A DNA stretch of 64,000 bases, taken from an uncultured Pelagibacteraceae bacterium. GTDB taxonomy: Bacteria; Pseudomonadota; Alphaproteobacteria; Pelagibacterales; Pelagibacteraceae. How positions within the stretch are numbered: the first letter of the stretch is position 1; each line of letters begins with the position of its first letter. Shown here piece after piece: positions 60,060 through 64,000 of this stretch. Below the pieces are notes generated by a model. The model saw only the letters and a list, made by a program, of their open reading frames with translations. It was not told where the DNA came from and did not search any database. The DNA lies in assembly GCA_902588895.1 (NCBI GenBank), contig CACIRC010000001.1:17948-81947 (forward strand). The letters run 5' to 3'. The translations under genes were made by a program, and so were the position numbers.

Positions 60060-61310
60060 ATGATTAAATATATGAATTTAATTGGAATAAAAGCTCGAAA
60101 AGCTAGTGAGTATAAAGTTACAACTGAAGTAAAAAACAAAGTCTTAAATGATTACGCGAAATTAATTAAGAATGAAAAAAAATTTATTATTAATCAAAAT
60201 TCAAAAGATATTAATTACGCAAGAAAAAAAGGTTTAAAAGAAAACTTAATCAAAAGACTTCATTTAAATGAAAATAAATTAGATGGAATTATAAATTCTA
60301 TTTCAAAAATAGCTAAATTAAGGGACCCTATAGATAGCACTTTAGAAAAATGGAAAAGACCAAATGGTTTGAATATTAAAAGAGTTTCAATACCAATTGG
60401 AGTTATTGGGGTTATTTATGAAAGTAGACCAAATGTAACTTCAGATGTTGCTAGTCTTTGTTTTAAATCTGGAAATGTAGTGATTTTGAAAGGAGGCTCT
60501 GAGGCCATAAATTCAAATAAAGCTTTAGCTAAGCTGTTTAGAAAAGCACTTAAAAAAAATAAAGTTAATGAAAACTTTATACAATTTATTGATTCAAAAC
60601 AAAGGAGGCTTGTGGATATTATGCTTTCTAAGATGAAAAAATATATCGATGTCATCATACCTCGTGGTGGAAAAAATTTAGTTAAAAAAGTTTTAGAATT
60701 ATCCAAAGTACCTATAATTGGGCACTTAGAGGGGCTTTGTCATACTTATATAGATAAAGATGCAGAATTAAAAATGGCTAAAAAAATTGTTTATAACGCT
60801 AAATTAAGAAATACAAGTATTTGTGGTGCGACTGAAACTATTCTTATTCATAAAAATATAGTCAAAAAATTTAGTAATCCTATTTTGCAGGAACTTGAAA
60901 ATAGTGGTTGTAAAATAATTGGCGATAAGATTTTGAAAAGTTATTACAATGGTCAAGTATATCCTGCAAAAGAAAAAGATTGGTCAACTGAATATTTATC
61001 ATCAATTGTATCTGTTAAAGTTGTTAAAAATTCTGAAGAGGCAATTAAGCATATTAACAAATACGGAACTATGCACACTGACTCCATCATTACAAAAAAT
61101 AAAAAGACAGCAAAATATTTCCTAAAAAATGTTAAAAGCTCAATTGCAATGCATAATACCTCAACTCAATTTGCTGATGGCGGTGAATTTGGATTTGGTG
61201 GAGAAGTTGGAATTTCTACTAATACGCTACCACCAAGAGGTCCTGTAGGTTTAAATCAATTGATTTCATATAAATATGAAATCACTAGTAATGGTAAAAT
61301 AAGAAATTAA
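60060..61310 (+). CDS. proA: Gamma-glutamyl phosphate reductase
   Basis: IYESRPNVT, IPRGG, ICGATE, FADGGEFG.G.E. Confidence 0.95.
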   Translation: MIKYMNLIGIKARKASEYKVTTEVKNKVLNDYAKLIKNEKKFIINQNSKDINYARKKGLKENLIKRLHLNENKLDGIINSISKIAKLRDPIDSTLEKWKRPNGLNIKRVSIPIGVIGVIYESRPNVTSDVASLCFKSGNVVILKGGSEAINSNKALAKLFRKALKKNKVNENFIQFIDSKQRRLVDIMLSKMKKYIDVIIPRGGKNLVKKVLELSKVPIIGHLEGLCHTYIDKDAELKMAKKIVYNAKLRNTSICGATETILIHKNIVKKFSNPILQELENSGCKIIGDKILKSYYNGQVYPAKEKDWSTEYLSSIVSVKVVKNSEEAIKHINKYGTMHTDSIITKNKKTAKYFLKNVKSSIAMHNTSTQFADGGEFGFGGEVGISTNTLPPRGPVGLNQLISYKYEITSNGKIRN

Positions 61311-61311
61311 A

Positions 61312-61833
61312 TTGAATAACACAAAAATAAAAATTGGTGTATTGGGTGGATCTTTTGATCCTGCTCACAAAGGACATTTGGCAATTTCTAAAGAAGCAAA
61401 AAAAAGATTCAAACTCAAAAAAATTATTTGGGCAATCACAAAAAAAAATCCATTTAAAATAAAGAGCAAGACATCTGTTGCTAACAGAATTAAATATTGT
61501 AAAAAAATAATTGGTACAAATTTATTTATTAAGGTTAAATTTTATGAAAAAACTATTAAATCAAATAAAACTATAAATTTAATTAATCATTTAAAAAAAG
61601 ATAAAAGCATTGAAATTTATTTTTTAATGGGTGCTGACAACCTTATTAACTTTCATAAATGGCATAAATCTAAATTAATTTCAAAAAAATGTAATATTCT
61701 AGTTTTTGACAGACATGGGTATAAAAAAAATTCTTTAAAATCAAAGACATTTAAGCAACTTAGTAAGGCCAATCTAGAGTTTATTGAGTTTAATAAAGTC
61801 AACATTTCATCTTCTCAATTAAGAAAAATTTGA
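61312..61833 (+). CDS. nadD: Nicotinate-nucleotide adenylyltransferase (TTG start)
   Basis: GGSFDPAHKGH, MGADN, ISSS. Confidence 0.9.
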   Translation: MNNTKIKIGVLGGSFDPAHKGHLAISKEAKKRFKLKKIIWAITKKNPFKIKSKTSVANRIKYCKKIIGTNLFIKVKFYEKTIKSNKTINLINHLKKDKSIEIYFLMGADNLINFHKWHKSKLISKKCNILVFDRHGYKKNSLKSKTFKQLSKANLEFIEFNKVNISSSQLRKI

Positions 61834-61850
61834 TAATCTAAAATCAATTA

Positions 61851-62201
61851 ATGGACAAAATTTCAGACTTAAAAGAAATTGTAATCAACACATTAGATCT
61901 CAATAAAGCACAAGACATTGTAACTATTGATCTTAAAGACAAAAGTTCTATGGCTGATTACATGATCATAGCAAGTGGAACTTCATCTAGGCATATCCAA
62001 TCTTTGTCAGAACAAGTTTTAGAAAAACTTAAAAATAACGGTGTAAAAGAATCAAAAATTGAAGGTAAAGAGAGTGGAGAATGGAAACTTGTTGATGGGA
62101 TTGATTTGATTGTTCATATTTTTCACCCAGAAAAAAGAAAGTTTTATGAATTAGAGAAAATTTGGTCTGAGCTAATTCCAAAAGAAAAAGTGATGATATG
62201 A
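61851..62201 (+). CDS. rsfS: Ribosome silencing factor
   Basis: KAQDI, DYMIIASG.S.RH, W.LVD, VHIF..R.FY.LE. Confidence 0.95.
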   Translation: MDKISDLKEIVINTLDLNKAQDIVTIDLKDKSSMADYMIIASGTSSRHIQSLSEQVLEKLKNNGVKESKIEGKESGEWKLVDGIDLIVHIFHPEKRKFYELEKIWSELIPKEKVMI

Positions 62202-63337
62202 AAAAAATTAAATTTTTATTATTAATTTTTTTTTCTGTTTTTTACTTAACTAAAACAGTTATTTCAGCTGAAATTGATATTTATAAAAAAATTGATCTCT
62301 TCGGTGAGGTTCTAGAAAAAATTAATAAAGAATATGTTGATGAGTTCAATCAATCTGAAAGTATGGACTCTGCTATCAATGGACTTTTACAATCCTTAGA
62401 TCCTTATTCATCCTACATGTCTCCTAAAATTTTTGACGAAATGCAAACAGAAACAAGTGGTGAATTTGGCGGACTAGGAATTGAGGTTAGCATGGAGGCC
62501 GGTGTGGTAAAAGTAATTTCACCAATAGATGATACACCTGCATCCAGAGCTGGATTAAAAGCTGGTGATTACATAGTAAAAATAAATGATGTTCAGGTTC
62601 AGGGAAAATCATTAAGTGAAGCTGTTGATTTAATGAGAGGACCTGTAGGTTCTGGAATAGAATTAACAGTAAGACGAAGAGGTGAAAAAAAGGCGTTAAC
62701 ATTTAATATAATAAGAGAAGTTATTCAGGTTCAATCTGTAAAATCTGAAATTATAGATGAAAGTATAGGATACCTCAGGCTTACCTCGTTTAATGATAAC
62801 AGTAGTGATCAAATAGAAAAACAAATTAAAAAACTTAAACAAAATAAAAACTTAAATTCTTTTATTTTAGATTTAAGAAATAATCCTGGGGGTCTTTTAT
62901 CTCAAGCAATAAAAATCTCAGATTTTTTTCTAGAAAATGGAGAAATAGTTTCAACAAAAAGTAAAAAAAAATTTGAAAATAGAAAATATTTTGCAAAAAA
63001 AGGAGATATTACTGACGGAAAAACATTATTGGTTTTAATTAATTATGGTTCAGCATCTGCATCTGAAATTGTTGCTGGAGCTTTAAAAGATCACAAAAGA
63101 GCAATTATCATTGGTGAAAATAGCTTTGGTAAAGGTTCGGTCCAATCAATTATTCCTCTAAAAAATCGTGGGGCTATCAGATTAACTGTTGCAAAATATT
63201 ATCTTCCTTCTGGAAAATCTATTTCTGAAGTAGGTGTTAGACCAGATATTGAAGTAAATGAGGAAGGTGATGATTTTAGAATAAAAACTGATACTGATAA
63301 TCAATTAAACTACGCTATTAAGTTACTTAACGGATAA
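62198..63337 (+). CDS. ctpA: S41 carboxy-terminal processing protease
   Basis: LDPYS, PDZ GGLGI, DLRNNPGG, SASASE, GKGSVQ. Confidence 0.93.
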   Translation: MKKIKFLLLIFFSVFYLTKTVISAEIDIYKKIDLFGEVLEKINKEYVDEFNQSESMDSAINGLLQSLDPYSSYMSPKIFDEMQTETSGEFGGLGIEVSMEAGVVKVISPIDDTPASRAGLKAGDYIVKINDVQVQGKSLSEAVDLMRGPVGSGIELTVRRRGEKKALTFNIIREVIQVQSVKSEIIDESIGYLRLTSFNDNSSDQIEKQIKKLKQNKNLNSFILDLRNNPGGLLSQAIKISDFFLENGEIVSTKSKKKFENRKYFAKKGDITDGKTLLVLINYGSASASEIVAGALKDHKRAIIIGENSFGKGSVQSIIPLKNRGAIRLTVAKYYLPSGKSISEVGVRPDIEVNEEGDDFRIKTDTDNQLNYAIKLLNG

Positions 63338-63338
63338 T

Positions 63339-63812
63339 ATGAATAAAAATTTTAAAGATTTACCACTGAGAAGTGGGGTCGGAATTGTGTTATTGAATAA
63401 AGAAAATAAAGTATTCGTAGCAAAAAGAATAGATAATCCTAAAAATTTTTGGCAAATGCCTCAAGGTGGTGTTGATGAGGGAGAGGATAATTTAAAAGCT
63501 GCATTTAGAGAACTAGAGGAAGAAACAAGTATCAAAAGCGTAGAACTTATAAAAGAATTAGATGGTACATTAACCTATGATTTACCTGATAGATTACTAG
63601 GTATTATTTGGAAAGGTAAGTACAAAGGTCAGAAGCAAAAATGGTTTTTAATGCGATTTATTGGAAATGATAATGAAATAAATATTAATACATCTAATCC
63701 AGAATTTTTAGATTGGAAGTGGATTGACTTAGATTTAATTACTGATGTTGTTGTTGATTTTAAACATCATGTTTACAAAAAACTTAAAGAAAAAGTAAAA
63801 AAATTAATTTAG
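63339..63812 (+). CDS. rppH: RNA pyrophosphohydrolase (Nudix)
   Basis: WQMPQGG.D.GE...AA.REL.EET, GQKQKWF. Confidence 0.93.
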   Translation: MNKNFKDLPLRSGVGIVLLNKENKVFVAKRIDNPKNFWQMPQGGVDEGEDNLKAAFRELEEETSIKSVELIKELDGTLTYDLPDRLLGIIWKGKYKGQKQKWFLMRFIGNDNEININTSNPEFLDWKWIDLDLITDVVVDFKHHVYKKLKEKVKKLI

Positions 63813-64000
63813 AGTTTTTAAAACTTCAACTTTTTGATCTGCTAAATATTTAGATTGATCGTTAATATCGGTTTTATTAGCCTCTACTTCTGCCTGTTTA
63901 AGTAAATCTTGGTGCTTTGATTTATCCATATCATCAAGATTAAAAATTGTACTTGTTAAAATAGATAGATTGTTATTTTTAAACTCAACAATCCCATCTT
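63804..64000 (-). CDS. atpC: ATP synthase F1 epsilon subunit, C-terminal part (runs off right edge)
   Basis: Not in the ORF track. Hand translation DGIVEFKNNNLSILTS...LLKQAEVE...KVEVLKTLN* gives a beta strand then helices; atpC convergent on rppH is a usual alphaproteobacterial arrangement. Confidence 0.7.
   Translation of the reverse strand, partial: DGIVEFKNNNLSILTSTIFNLDDMDKSKHQDLLKQAEVEANKTDINDQSKYLADQKVEVLKTLN

Overview
AT-rich, gene-dense alphaproteobacterial chromosome with very short spacers. Gene content and style point to SAR11/Pelagibacterales (inference). Most of the window is core housekeeping (cfa, ptrB, ibpA, gpmA, murU-amgK-tsaE, ahcY, chvIG, polA, regA, pyrD, class I lysS, trkH, ampG, hisC, metXW, rplU-rpmA-obgE-proBA-nadD-rsfS-ctpA-rppH, partial atpC). 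A ~16.5 kb purine uptake and catabolism cluster spans 7057-23479: NCS2 permease, BMP-type ABC transporter, two CDA-fold deaminases, PRTase, puuD, xdhAB, uraH, uraD, alc, allA and puuE. The most unusual points: (1) PuuD lacks its C-terminal cytochrome c domain, while a free cytochrome c lies at the cluster edge and shares an upstream motif with uraH; (2) the RND adaptor has no alpha-helical hairpin and has a basic amphipathic tail; (3) a SAM-II riboswitch ends in a U8 run instead of an SD; (4) a sigma32 promoter and ROSE-like leader precede ibpA; (5) a structured leader with a small uORF precedes a decarboxylase/DHS-like/ureohydrolase polyamine operon. I saw no tRNA, rRNA, CRISPR array, integrase or transposase. 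All calls are from reading motifs by eye; no searches were run.
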